Source: an uncultured Candidatus Rokubacteria bacterium (lineage in GTDB: Bacteria > Methylomirabilota > Methylomirabilia > Rokubacteriales > CSP1-6). Taken from it: 64,000 bases of DNA. The translations under genes and the position numbers were made by a program. The stretch is taken from contig CAVWWD010000008.1 in the NCBI GenBank assembly GCA_963758635.1, positions 384,001 to 448,000 on the forward strand, written 5' to 3'. The notes below the pieces were generated by a model, which had not been told where the DNA came from, did no database searches, and saw only the letters and a program-made list of their open reading frames with translations. Shown here one piece after another: positions 39,611 through 48,713 of the stretch (its first letter is position 1; each line of letters begins with the position of its first letter).

Positions 39611-41572
39611 TCAGCGGGGGGCGCTCCGGGCGCTCCGGTACACGCCGAGAGCCCAGAGCGGGAAGTACTTGGCGTAGAGGTGGTACTTCAGGTAGAAGAC
39701 GCGCGGGAATCCAGTGCCGTTCCAGAGGGGATCGTCCCAGGACCCGTCCGCGGTCTGGGCCTCGATCAGGTAACGGATCCCGCGCTCCACCGCGCGACCC
39801 TCGGTCCGGCCCGCCGCGAAGAGGCCCAGGAGGGCCCACGCGGTCTGGCTCGGGATCGAGTTGCCGCGCCCGGCCAGGCTCGCGTCGTCGTAGGAGGCGA
39901 GCGTCTCGCCCCAGCCCCCGTCGTCGTTCTGCTTCGACTCGAGCCAGCTCACCGCCCGCCGGACGTAGGGGTCCGAAAGGTCCTCGCCGATGGCGGCGAG
40001 GCCGCGGAGCACCGACCACGTCCCGTAGATGTAGTTGACGCCCCAGCGGCCGTACCACGGCCCGTCCTCGCCCTGCGTGCTCCGGATGAACGGGAGCGCG
40101 CGGCGCGCCGCCGGATGGTCGGGCCCGTGGCCGAGGGTGCCGAGGAGCTCGAGGCCGCGTCCGGTGAGGTCCTCCGTGGACGGGTCGAGGAGCGCGCCGT
40201 GGTCGGCGAACGGGATGTTGTTGAAGACCAGGCGCGAGTTGTCGGCGTCGAAGGAGGCCCAGCCGCCGTCCGATCCCTGCATGCCCAGGAACCACGCGAG
40301 GCCGCGGTCCAGCGCGCGCCGGCGGCGCTCGGCGTCGAGGCCGTCGATCTTGCAGAGCGCCATCATCACCATGGCCGAGTCGTCGAGGTCCGGGTAGAAG
40401 TCGTTGTGGTACTGGAACGGCCAGCCCCCCGGGGGCACGTGCGGGCGCTTGGTCTGCCAGTCCCCCGGCACCGTGACCTGCTTGTCGATCATCCACTCGC
40501 CCGAGCGCACCAGCGCGGGATGATCGGGCGGGAGCCCCGACTCGATGAGCGCGTTGGCGGCGAGCGCGGTGTCCCATACCGGAGACACGCACGGCGTGTA
40601 GTGGAGCGATGTCGCCGTCTCGACCCCGAGGTTCTCGATCTCCTTGATCTGGCCGCGGATGAGCGGGTGGTCGTCCGCGTAGCCGAGCGCGCGGAGGGCG
40701 AGGACGGCGTTGGTCATGGCGGGGAAGATCCCGCCGAGGCCGCCGGGCACGGCCAGGCGCTCCTCGATCCAGCTCCGCGCCGCGTCGACGGCACGCCGGC
40801 GGAGCGGCCGCGGGCCGATCCGCTCCCAGCCCTTCAGGCAGTCGTCGACGCCGATGAAGAAGTTCTTCCAGAGGAACGTCTTCGGCGAGAACGGGCGCGG
40901 CACGCGATGGAACCGGAGGCTCGCGCGCTCCCGCGGCACCGGCCACAGCTCCTCCACCCCGCGTCCCTCGGGCGGCCGCTGCACGGGCTTGGCGTCCATC
41001 AGGATCAGCAACGGCACGATCACCGTGCGCGACCAGTACGAGACCTCGAGCAGGTTGAAGTACGACCACCGCGGCAGGAGCATGATCTCCACCGGCATCG
41101 CCGGGACGCCTGCCCAGTCGTACTCGCCGAAGAGCGCGAGGAGGATCTTCGTGAACACGTCGGACGCGACGGGCCCGCCGCGCTCGTGGATCAGCGCGCG
41201 CGCCGCGACCATCGCGGGGTCCTCTGGCGGCACGCCGGCCACCCGCATCGCGAAGTAGGCCTTGATGGTGGCGGAGAGATTGGCCGGCCCGCCCTCGTAC
41301 AGGTTGAAGCCGCCGTCGGGGAGCTGCTGCCGCCGGAAGTAGTCGACCATCTTCTGCTCGCGCTCGCGATCCACGCGGTCGATGAGGTGGCAGAAGAGGA
41401 GGTACTCGCTGGTGATCGTGCTGTTGGCCTCCGCCTCGCCCACCCAGTGGCCGTCGGGCGCCTGGAGGCTCAGGAGAGCGTCCCGGGCGCCCTCGATGGC
41501 GCGGTCCAGGGCGCGCGCGGTGGTCGCGGGGTCGCGCAGGACGTCGGAAACGCTCAATCGTTCCGGAAACAT
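39611..41572 (-). CDS. shc: Squalene-hopene cyclase
   Basis: SPVWDT, YPDLDDS (DxDD), QW repeats (Q..DG.W, DGGWGE), GRWGVNYIYGT and GTGFPRVFYLKY. Confidence 0.97.
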   Translation of the reverse strand: MFPERLSVSDVLRDPATTARALDRAIEGARDALLSLQAPDGHWVGEAEANSTITSEYLLFCHLIDRVDREREQKMVDYFRRQQLPDGGFNLYEGGPANLSATIKAYFAMRVAGVPPEDPAMVAARALIHERGGPVASDVFTKILLALFGEYDWAGVPAMPVEIMLLPRWSYFNLLEVSYWSRTVIVPLLILMDAKPVQRPPEGRGVEELWPVPRERASLRFHRVPRPFSPKTFLWKNFFIGVDDCLKGWERIGPRPLRRRAVDAARSWIEERLAVPGGLGGIFPAMTNAVLALRALGYADDHPLIRGQIKEIENLGVETATSLHYTPCVSPVWDTALAANALIESGLPPDHPALVRSGEWMIDKQVTVPGDWQTKRPHVPPGGWPFQYHNDFYPDLDDSAMVMMALCKIDGLDAERRRRALDRGLAWFLGMQGSDGGWASFDADNSRLVFNNIPFADHGALLDPSTEDLTGRGLELLGTLGHGPDHPAARRALPFIRSTQGEDGPWYGRWGVNYIYGTWSVLRGLAAIGEDLSDPYVRRAVSWLESKQNDDGGWGETLASYDDASLAGRGNSIPSQTAWALLGLFAAGRTEGRAVERGIRYLIEAQTADGSWDDPLWNGTGFPRVFYLKYHLYAKYFPLWALGVYRSARSAPR

Positions 41573-41750
41573 CGCCACATACTACCCAAAGCGCCGCGGG
41601 CGAAGCAACCGCTCGGTGCCGGGCCAGCGGTGCGATGCCTCGGACATGGGTGCAGACCGTACCGTTGAAAACGCGGTGCCGGTCCGGTACCGTGACGCTC
41701 CGGAACGCCCGACCGGGCCGTCCGGCGCGCCCGGGTCGGGATCCGGCGCC

Positions 41751-42494
41751 ATGCACTCCTTCTTCGACCTGCTCTGGGGTACCCTCGTGCTGCGGCCGTA
41801 CGTCTTCGGCTTCCTCGCCGCGTACCTGGCGCTGGCCGTGCGGGATCTCGGGACGCGCGGGGCCGGCCTCTTCCTGGGCTGGGGCTTCGCCGTCGCCTTC
41901 GTGGCCGAGTACGCGTCCACGCGCATCGGCGTCCCGTTCGGGCTCTACCACTACACGGAGGCCACGCGGGGCGTGGAGCTCTACCTGGCCAACGTCCCGT
42001 TCTTCGACTCGCTCTCGTTTCCGTTCCTGGCCTATGCCGCGTGGTGCGCGGCGCGGTGGGCCCTCGGCGAGAGCCGCACGCTCCGGGCGGTGGGCACGGC
42101 CGGCGTGCTCATGATGCTGCTCGACGTGGTGATCGATCCCGTCGCCGTGCGCGGGGCGCGCTGGTTCCTCGGCCACATCTTCTATTACCCGGCCGGCGGC
42201 GTGTACTTCGGCGTGCCGCTGTCGAACTTCGCGGGCTGGGCGATCGTCGGCTGGGCGATCGTCGGCGGCTATCTGGCTCTCGCCGGCGCGCGGCGCGCCC
42301 CGCGCGCCGCGCCCGGCCTGGGCGTGCTGCTCTACTACGCGATCCTCGCGTTCAACCTTGCGGTGACGGCCTGGATCGGCGAGATCGCGCTGCTCGCGGT
42401 GGGAATCCTGCTGCATGTCCTCGTGTTTCTGGTACTCTGGGGCATCAGTTCGGGGCCGGGAAGAGCGGCGACGACCGTCCGTCCTGCCCCGTGA
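41751..42494 (+). CDS. CruF/DUF422-like membrane protein (carotenoid hydratase family)
   Basis: E..STRIGVPFG.YHY, NVP, D..IDP.A and YFGVPLSNFAGW. Confidence 0.75.
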   Translation: MHSFFDLLWGTLVLRPYVFGFLAAYLALAVRDLGTRGAGLFLGWGFAVAFVAEYASTRIGVPFGLYHYTEATRGVELYLANVPFFDSLSFPFLAYAAWCAARWALGESRTLRAVGTAGVLMMLLDVVIDPVAVRGARWFLGHIFYYPAGGVYFGVPLSNFAGWAIVGWAIVGGYLALAGARRAPRAAPGLGVLLYYAILAFNLAVTAWIGEIALLAVGILLHVLVFLVLWGISSGPGRAATTVRPAP

Positions 42495-42555
42495 GACGCG
42501 CGATTGACGTGGAGCACCAACAGGCGTCCGGGCGGGGAGGAGCGTCGGTCAGGGC

Positions 42556-43572
42556 ATGAGCGTGCCGGTGTCGCAGATGTTCACGGTGGCGAGCTACGTG
42601 CTCCGGCAGCGGCTCGCCGGGCGGAAGCGCTACCCCCTCGTCCTCATGCTCGAGCCCCTCTTCCGCTGCAACCTCGCGTGCGCGGGCTGCGGGAAGATCC
42701 AGTACCCGGCCCAGATCCTCAAGAAGCACCTCACGGTGGAGCAGTGCCTGGCCGCGGTGGACGAGTGCGGGGCGCCCATGGTGAGCATCCCGGGCGGCGA
42801 GCCCCTGATGTACCCGGACATCGACCGCCTCGTGGCCGAGCTGGCGCGCAAGCGCAAGTACATCTACCTCTGCACCAACGCGATCCTGCTCCGCGAGAAG
42901 CTCGACCTGTTCACGCCGTCCCGGTACCTGTCCTTCAGCGTGCACATGGACGGCCTGCGCGAGGACCACGACGAGGCGGTGTGCCGCGACGGCGTCTACG
43001 ACCAGGCCGTCGACGCCATCCGCGAGGCGGTGCGCCGCGGCTTTCGCGTCACCACCAACACCACGGTCTTCGACGGCGCCTCGCCGCTCCGGATGCGCGA
43101 GTTCTTCGACGAGATGATGCGCCTCGGCGTGGAAGGCATGATGATCTCGCCCGGCTACAGCTACTCGAAGGCGCCCGACCAGGAGCACTTCCTGCGACGC
43201 GCCAAGACCGCGCGCCTCTTCACCGAGATGCTCTCCCGGCCCGGGCGCGGGTGGCGCTTCAACCAGTCGCCGATCTTCCTCCGCTTCCTCATGGGCAAGC
43301 ACGACTTCGAGTGCACGCCGTGGGGGAACCCCACGTTCAACATGTTCGGCTGGCAGCGCCCCTGCTACCTCCTCCAGGACGGCTACGCCGCCACCTTCGC
43401 GGAGCTGATGGAGACCACGGCCTGGGAGCAGTACGGGCGGAAGAGCGGCAACGAGAAGTGCCAGGACTGCATGGTGCACTGCGGCTTCGAGCCGACGTCG
43501 GTGAACCACACGTTCGGGTCGCTCCGCGGGTTCGCGGAGACGGTGTCGGTCACGCTGACCGGCCGGCTGTGA
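42556..43572 (+). CDS. hpnH: Adenosylhopane synthase, radical SAM
   Basis: YPLVLMLEPLFRCNLACAGCGKI, GGEPL, CTPWGNPT, GWQRPCYLL and CMVHCGFE. Confidence 0.95.
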   Translation: MSVPVSQMFTVASYVLRQRLAGRKRYPLVLMLEPLFRCNLACAGCGKIQYPAQILKKHLTVEQCLAAVDECGAPMVSIPGGEPLMYPDIDRLVAELARKRKYIYLCTNAILLREKLDLFTPSRYLSFSVHMDGLREDHDEAVCRDGVYDQAVDAIREAVRRGFRVTTNTTVFDGASPLRMREFFDEMMRLGVEGMMISPGYSYSKAPDQEHFLRRAKTARLFTEMLSRPGRGWRFNQSPIFLRFLMGKHDFECTPWGNPTFNMFGWQRPCYLLQDGYAATFAELMETTAWEQYGRKSGNEKCQDCMVHCGFEPTSVNHTFGSLRGFAETVSVTLTGRL

Positions 43573-43636
43573 GAGTCGCCGCGGTGGATCCGTCGGTCCG
43601 GTGAACACTCCCACGAGCGATCCGGAGTAGCCACCG

Positions 43637-43993
43637 ATGTCGCGGCACGGCTGGGACCCGGAGATCGGGCCGTCCCTCACGCTGGAAGAGGTCATCGAGC
43701 ACGCCTTCGACTACCGGGGCAACACGACGATCATCACGCGCGCCGGGGCGGAGATCGTCGGCTACATCTTCAACCGGAATGCCGGCGTCCCCGAGCCATT
43801 TCTGGAGTACTTCGACGAGGCCGGTGAGGGGCCTTTCACTCTCCGCTACGCCAACGTCGCCACGATCAGGTTCACGGGGCGGGACACCGCGGCCGGGCAG
43901 TCGTGGAAGGCCTGGGTGGAGCGCCGGGATCGTGAGCGGGCCGCGGGCCGTGGATCCACACCGGATCAGCCTGCTCATCCTGACGGCGGTTGA
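43637..43993 (+). CDS. Small conserved hypothetical protein
   Basis: Typical codon usage, RBS GGAG, located in the operon between hpnH and hpnG. Confidence 0.7.
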   Translation: MSRHGWDPEIGPSLTLEEVIEHAFDYRGNTTIITRAGAEIVGYIFNRNAGVPEPFLEYFDEAGEGPFTLRYANVATIRFTGRDTAAGQSWKAWVERRDRERAAGRGSTPDQPAHPDGG

Positions 43994-44732
43994 GCTCGAG
44001 GCGGCCACGCTCGCCCGCCACCTGGAACTCTCCGTCCTTCCCGGCCTGCCGTTCCGCGGCTTCGGCCGCGGCCACGTCCGGATGGCTTCCATCGGACCCG
44101 GCGCCGGCCGTCTCGCCGAGCGCTGGCCCATCCTCCTCGACGGGCTCGACTATCCCCTGGTCGTGTCGGCCGGCCTCTGCGGCGGGCTCGATCCCGCCCT
44201 GAGCACGGGCGACGTCGTCGTTCCCGACCAGGTGCTCTCGCCGGGGGGCGACCGCTTCGATCGCGACCTCGCCCTGGCCGGCGGCGGCGCGCCCGCGTCG
44301 CGCGGCCGCCTCGTGACGGTACGCCAGGTGGTGGAGACGCCAGCCGACAAGGCCGCGCTCCGCGCCCGCACCGGCGGGGTCGCCGTGGACATGGAGTCGG
44401 CCGACATCGCCGATGCGGCCACACGCGCGCGCCTGCCGTGGACGGTGGTGCGCGGCGTCTCGGACGCGGCGGGCGACACGGTGCCGCGCGCGCTGCTCGG
44501 CCTGATGGGGCCCGACGGCCGGCTGCGGCTCGCGCATCCCGGCGTGCTCCGGCTCGGGTGGCCGCAGAACCTCCGGCGCGCGCTCGGCCTCGCGCGCGGC
44601 ACGCGGCTGGCGCTCTCGCGGGTCGGGCGCGTCCTCGCCGAGCTGGCCGTCCAGCCCGCATCATCCGCGATGGAAGCGGACCCTGAACAGCGTGTACGGC
44701 CGGTGAACCCGTTCATGAGTGGCCCCGCATAG
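43950..44732 (+). CDS. hpnG: Hopanoid-associated nucleoside phosphorylase/nucleosidase
   Basis: SAGLCGGLDP.L..GD, AVDMES and VRGVSD (PNP/UDP family); downstream of hpnH. Confidence 0.8.
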   Translation: MDPHRISLLILTAVELEAATLARHLELSVLPGLPFRGFGRGHVRMASIGPGAGRLAERWPILLDGLDYPLVVSAGLCGGLDPALSTGDVVVPDQVLSPGGDRFDRDLALAGGGAPASRGRLVTVRQVVETPADKAALRARTGGVAVDMESADIADAATRARLPWTVVRGVSDAAGDTVPRALLGLMGPDGRLRLAHPGVLRLGWPQNLRRALGLARGTRLALSRVGRVLAELAVQPASSAMEADPEQRVRPVNPFMSGPA

Positions 44733-44736
44733 CGCC

Positions 44737-45738
44737 ATGGACGTGCTCGTCACCGGCGGCACCGGTTTCGTGGGCGCGAACCTGGTCCGGGAGCTGCTCG
44801 GCGACGGCGACCGCGTCCGCGTGCTCGCCCGCGCCGGCGGCGACCGGCGCGCCCTCGTCGGGTGCGCGGTGGACTTCGCGGAGGGCGATCTGATCGACCG
44901 CGACGCGGTGCGCGCCGCCGTGGCGGGGGCGCGCCGGGTGTACCACGTGGCCGCCGACTACCGGCTCTGGGCGCGCGATCCGAGCGAGCTCTACCGGACG
45001 AACGTCGACGGCACCCGCAACGTGATCGAGGCCGCGGTCGCGGCGAAGGTGGAGCGCATCGTCTACACCTCGACGGTGGGCGCCCTCGGCATCCCCAAGG
45101 ACGGCTCGGTGGGCGACGAGGACACGCCGGTGTCCCTCGCCGACATGGTGGGCCCGTACAAGGCGTCGAAGTTCATGGCCGAGCAGGTGGCGCGCGAGTG
45201 GGCGGCCCGCGGCGCGCCGGTGGTGATCGTGAACCCGTCGGCGCCCATCGGCCCGTGGGACGTGAAGCCCACGCCCACCGGCAAGATGATCGTGGACTTC
45301 CTCAAGGGCCGGATGGTGGCCACGGTGGACACCGGGCTGAACGTGGTCCACGTCCGCGACGTGGCGCGGGGCCACATCCTGGCCGCCGAGCGGGGCCGGG
45401 TCGGCGAGCGCTACGTCCTCGGCCACGAGAACCTGTCGCTGCTCGAGATCTTCCGCGCGCTCTCGCGCCTCACCGGCGTCCGGGCTCCGCGCTTCCGCGT
45501 GCCCTACGCGGTGGCGTGGATGGGGGCGGCGGCCATGGAAGGGATGGCGCGGGTCACGGGCGGCGCGCCCGCCGTGCCCCTGACCGCGGTCCGCATGGCG
45601 AAAAAGCGCATGTACTTCAGCGCGGCCCGCGCGGTGCGCGAGCTCGGCATGCCCCAGACCCCGGTGGACCAGGCGCTGGGCGACGCCGTGGACTGGTTCG
45701 CGGCGCACGGCTACGTGACCCGGGGGCGGACGGCGTGA
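44737..45738 (+). CDS. hpnA: Hopanoid-associated NAD-dependent epimerase/dehydratase
   Basis: VTGGTGFVG, HVAADYRLW, YKASK and KPTPTG. Confidence 0.92.
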   Translation: MDVLVTGGTGFVGANLVRELLGDGDRVRVLARAGGDRRALVGCAVDFAEGDLIDRDAVRAAVAGARRVYHVAADYRLWARDPSELYRTNVDGTRNVIEAAVAAKVERIVYTSTVGALGIPKDGSVGDEDTPVSLADMVGPYKASKFMAEQVAREWAARGAPVVIVNPSAPIGPWDVKPTPTGKMIVDFLKGRMVATVDTGLNVVHVRDVARGHILAAERGRVGERYVLGHENLSLLEIFRALSRLTGVRAPRFRVPYAVAWMGAAAMEGMARVTGGAPAVPLTAVRMAKKRMYFSAARAVRELGMPQTPVDQALGDAVDWFAAHGYVTRGRTA

Positions 45739-46589
45739 ACGCCGGGCAGTTCGTCGCGCGGCTCACGCGCAAGAGCCGGTCGAACTTCTTCTACGCCTTC
45801 CTGCTCCTTCCCCGCGCCCAGCGCGAGGCGATCTTCGCCGTGTACGCCTTCTGCCGGATCGTGGACGACATCGTCGACGCCGCCGCCGATCGCGCCACCC
45901 CGCGCCACGAGCTGGCCCGCTGGCGCGACGAGATCGCCCACGTGTTCGAGGGACAGCCCGAGCACCCGGTGGCCCAGCGGCTGCAGGAGGCGGTGGGCCG
46001 CTTCCCGATCCCGCGCGCCGCGCTCCTCGACATCATCGCGGGCGTCGAGATGGACCTGGAGCGCTCCGCGTACGACACCTTCGAGGCGCTCTACCCGTAC
46101 TGCTATCGCGTGGCCTCGGCGGTGGGCCTCTGCACCATCGAGATCTTCGGCTACACGGACCGGCGCTCGCGCGACTACGCGGTGGACCTGGGCGTGGCGC
46201 TCCAGCTCACGAACATCCTGCGCGATGTGCAGGCGGACGCGCGGATGGGCCGCGTGTACCTGCCCCAGGAGGACCTGCGGCGTTTCGGCGTCACCGCCAC
46301 CGACCTGTACGAGGGGCGCTACTGCCCGGAGTTCGTCGCCCTCATGGGCTTCGAGGCATCCCGGGCGCGCGACTACTACGCGCGCGCGTGGCGGGCGCTC
46401 CCCGCCGTGGACCGCCGGCGCCTCTTCGCGGCGGAGATCATGGGGCGCACGTACTGGACCTTGCTCCAGGCCATCGAGGCGCGCCGGTTCCAGGTGTTCG
46501 GCGAGCGCGTGCGGGTGCCGACGTGGCGGCGCATCGGGATCGCGCTGGGAACGTGGGTGGGGGCGCGCGTGCCCCGGCGGGCGGTGTGA
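45735..46589 (+). CDS. hpnD: Presqualene diphosphate synthase (squalene/phytoene synthase family)
   Basis: SNFFYAF..LP, YAFCRIVDDIVD, YCYRVASAVG and LQLTNILRDV..D...GRVYLP. Confidence 0.88.
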   Translation: MNAGQFVARLTRKSRSNFFYAFLLLPRAQREAIFAVYAFCRIVDDIVDAAADRATPRHELARWRDEIAHVFEGQPEHPVAQRLQEAVGRFPIPRAALLDIIAGVEMDLERSAYDTFEALYPYCYRVASAVGLCTIEIFGYTDRRSRDYAVDLGVALQLTNILRDVQADARMGRVYLPQEDLRRFGVTATDLYEGRYCPEFVALMGFEASRARDYYARAWRALPAVDRRRLFAAEIMGRTYWTLLQAIEARRFQVFGERVRVPTWRRIGIALGTWVGARVPRRAV

Positions 46590-47596
46590 AGGCGGCGGTC
46601 CACGTCGGCGCGGGCCGCATCGAGCTGCGCGACTGGCCGGCCCCGGCGCCGGGGCCGGGCGAGATCCTCCTCCGGCTCCGCGGTTGCGGCCTCTGCGGCT
46701 CGGACATCGCCAAGCTCACGCCCGGCGCGGCCGGTCCACCCGCGGTGCTGGGCCACGAGGTCGTCGGCGACGTGGTCGAGGCCGGCGCGGGCGTCGCCGG
46801 CTTCGGCGCCGGCCAGCGCGTGGTCGTGGCGCATCACGTCCCGTGCTTTCAGTGCCACTACTGCCGGCGCGGCAGCGCCTCCATGTGCCGGACGTTCAAG
46901 CGCGTGAACCTCGACCCGGGGGGCTTCGCCGAGCTGGTCCGCGTGCCCGCGCCGAACGTGGTCCACGCCGCCTTCGCGCTTGCACCCGAGATGAGCGACG
47001 AGGTGGCGTCCTTCACCGAGCCCTTGGCGTGCTGCCTGCGCGCGGTGGCACGGGCGCGCCTGGGCGCCGGAGACACCGCGCTGGTGGTGGGACTCGGCTC
47101 CGTCGGCTGCCTCATGGCGCAGGCCGCCGAGACCGTGGGGGCGCGCGTCCTGGGGTTCGACCTCGTGGACGCGCGCCGCCGGCTCGCGCGCGGCTTCGGC
47201 ACGGAGGCGCCGGACGACGAGACCGGCCTCGACCAGGCGGTGGCCGCGGCCACCGATGGGCGCGGCGCCAACGTCGTGCTGCTGACCGCCGGAGGCGCCT
47301 CGGCCCTCGCCTGGGCCGAGCGGCGCGTGCGCGACGGGGGCGCCATCCACTGCTTCGCGGGCGGGGACGGTGACGCCCTGCCGCTGCCGCTCGACCGCCT
47401 CTATCGCCGGGAGCTGACCGTCACGGCCACGTACTCCTCGTCGCCCGCCGACCTCGCGCTGGCCTTCGCGCTCCTCGCGCGCGGCGCCGTGCGGGTGGAC
47501 GGGCTCATCACGCATCGGCTCCCGCTGGGGCGCCTCGCCGAAGGGGTGGACCTCATGCGGCGCCGAGAGGCGGTCAAGGTGTACGTCACGCCGTGA
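46586..47596 (+). CDS. Zinc-dependent (MDR) alcohol/polyol dehydrogenase
   Basis: CGLCGSD, GHE, structural Zn site C..C.YC......C, EPLAC and GLGSVG. Confidence 0.88.
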   Translation: MKAAVHVGAGRIELRDWPAPAPGPGEILLRLRGCGLCGSDIAKLTPGAAGPPAVLGHEVVGDVVEAGAGVAGFGAGQRVVVAHHVPCFQCHYCRRGSASMCRTFKRVNLDPGGFAELVRVPAPNVVHAAFALAPEMSDEVASFTEPLACCLRAVARARLGAGDTALVVGLGSVGCLMAQAAETVGARVLGFDLVDARRRLARGFGTEAPDDETGLDQAVAAATDGRGANVVLLTAGGASALAWAERRVRDGGAIHCFAGGDGDALPLPLDRLYRRELTVTATYSSSPADLALAFALLARGAVRVDGLITHRLPLGRLAEGVDLMRRREAVKVYVTP

Positions 47597-48663
47597 CCGG
47601 GCTGCCGCGGCGCATGCGCGCCCAGGTCTTCCACGGCCCGGGCGACCTGCGGCTCGAGACGCCGGTCGTCCCCACGCCCGGCCCCGGCGAGGTCGTGCTC
47701 AAGGTGGAGGCGGCGCTCACCTGCGGCACCAACGTCAAGACGCTGCGCCGCGGCCACCCCGTGATGATCCCGGTGGTGCCCACCGTCTTCGGTCACGAGT
47801 TCGCCGGCGTCGTCGTGGCGACGGGCGCCGGTGTCGGGAGCCTCCGCGAGGGCGACCGCGTGGCCGCGGCCAACTCGGCGCCCTGCGGGGCCTGTCCGCT
47901 GTGCCGGGTGGGCCGACCCAACCTGTGCGAGGACCTCCTGTTCGTGAACGGGGCGTACGGCGAGTACATCGCGCTCCCGGCCCGCCTGGTGCGGACCAAC
48001 GTCGTGCCCATCGGTCCCACGCTGCCCGCGTTCCGCGCGGCCTTCGCCGAGCCGCTCGCCTGCGCGATCCTGGGCGTGGAGCGCGCGCGCGTCGAGCCCG
48101 GCATGACCGTCGGCGTGATCGGCCACGGCCCGCTCGGGTGCCTGCTCGCCATGGTGGCGGCGGCCCGGAAGGCCCGCGTGCTCCTGGTGGGCAAGGCGGG
48201 CTGGCGTCTCGACCGGGTCCGCGCCTCCGGGATCGCCGAATGCGTGGACGCCGGCGCCGGGCCGGATGCGGGCCAGGCGCTCCGCGATCTCACGGGAGGC
48301 CGGGGACCCGACGTGACGGTGGACGCCACCGGGCGCCCCGAGGTCTGGGAGCAGGCCATCGCCGCCGTCGGGCGGGGGGGCACCGTTCTCTTCTTCGGGG
48401 GCTGCGCGCCCGGAACCGCGATCACGGTGGATACGCGCCGGGCTCACTACGAGGAGCTGTCGCTGGTGGGATCGTTCCACCACAGCCCGGAGACGATTCG
48501 TCGCGCCCTGGACCTGCTCGAGGCGCAGACGCTCGTCCCCGACGCGCTGATCACCCAGCGGATGTCGCTGGACGAGGTGCCGCAGGCCCTGTCCCTGATG
48601 GCCGCGGGCCAGGCCCTCAAGGTGCTGATCGATCCGGCGCGGGGCGGTGAGGGCACCCGGTGA
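47593..48663 (+). CDS. Zinc-dependent (MDR) alcohol/polyol dehydrogenase, second paralog
   Basis: TCGT, GHE, CGACPLC......C, EPLAC and GHGPLG. Confidence 0.88.
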   Translation: MTGLPRRMRAQVFHGPGDLRLETPVVPTPGPGEVVLKVEAALTCGTNVKTLRRGHPVMIPVVPTVFGHEFAGVVVATGAGVGSLREGDRVAAANSAPCGACPLCRVGRPNLCEDLLFVNGAYGEYIALPARLVRTNVVPIGPTLPAFRAAFAEPLACAILGVERARVEPGMTVGVIGHGPLGCLLAMVAAARKARVLLVGKAGWRLDRVRASGIAECVDAGAGPDAGQALRDLTGGRGPDVTVDATGRPEVWEQAIAAVGRGGTVLFFGGCAPGTAITVDTRRAHYEELSLVGSFHHSPETIRRALDLLEAQTLVPDALITQRMSLDEVPQALSLMAAGQALKVLIDPARGGEGTR

Positions 48664-48688
48664 CAGTCCCTCCGGCCTCCGCTATACT
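48660..48688 (+). promoter_or_regulatory. Putative sigma70 promoter GTGACA-17-TATACT for ispH
   Basis: 5/6 match at both hexamers with 17-nt spacing, 25 nt before ATG 48714. Confidence 0.55.
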
Positions 48689-48713
48689 GAGCCCCGCGTC
48701 CAGCGAGGAGACC

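Noticed and set aside
45735..46589. Phytoene synthase / carotenoid cluster
   Set aside because: The SNFFYAF start and the hpnA/hpnH/shc context favour HpnD, and no desaturase is present. hpnC and hpnE are not in the window and may lie elsewhere.
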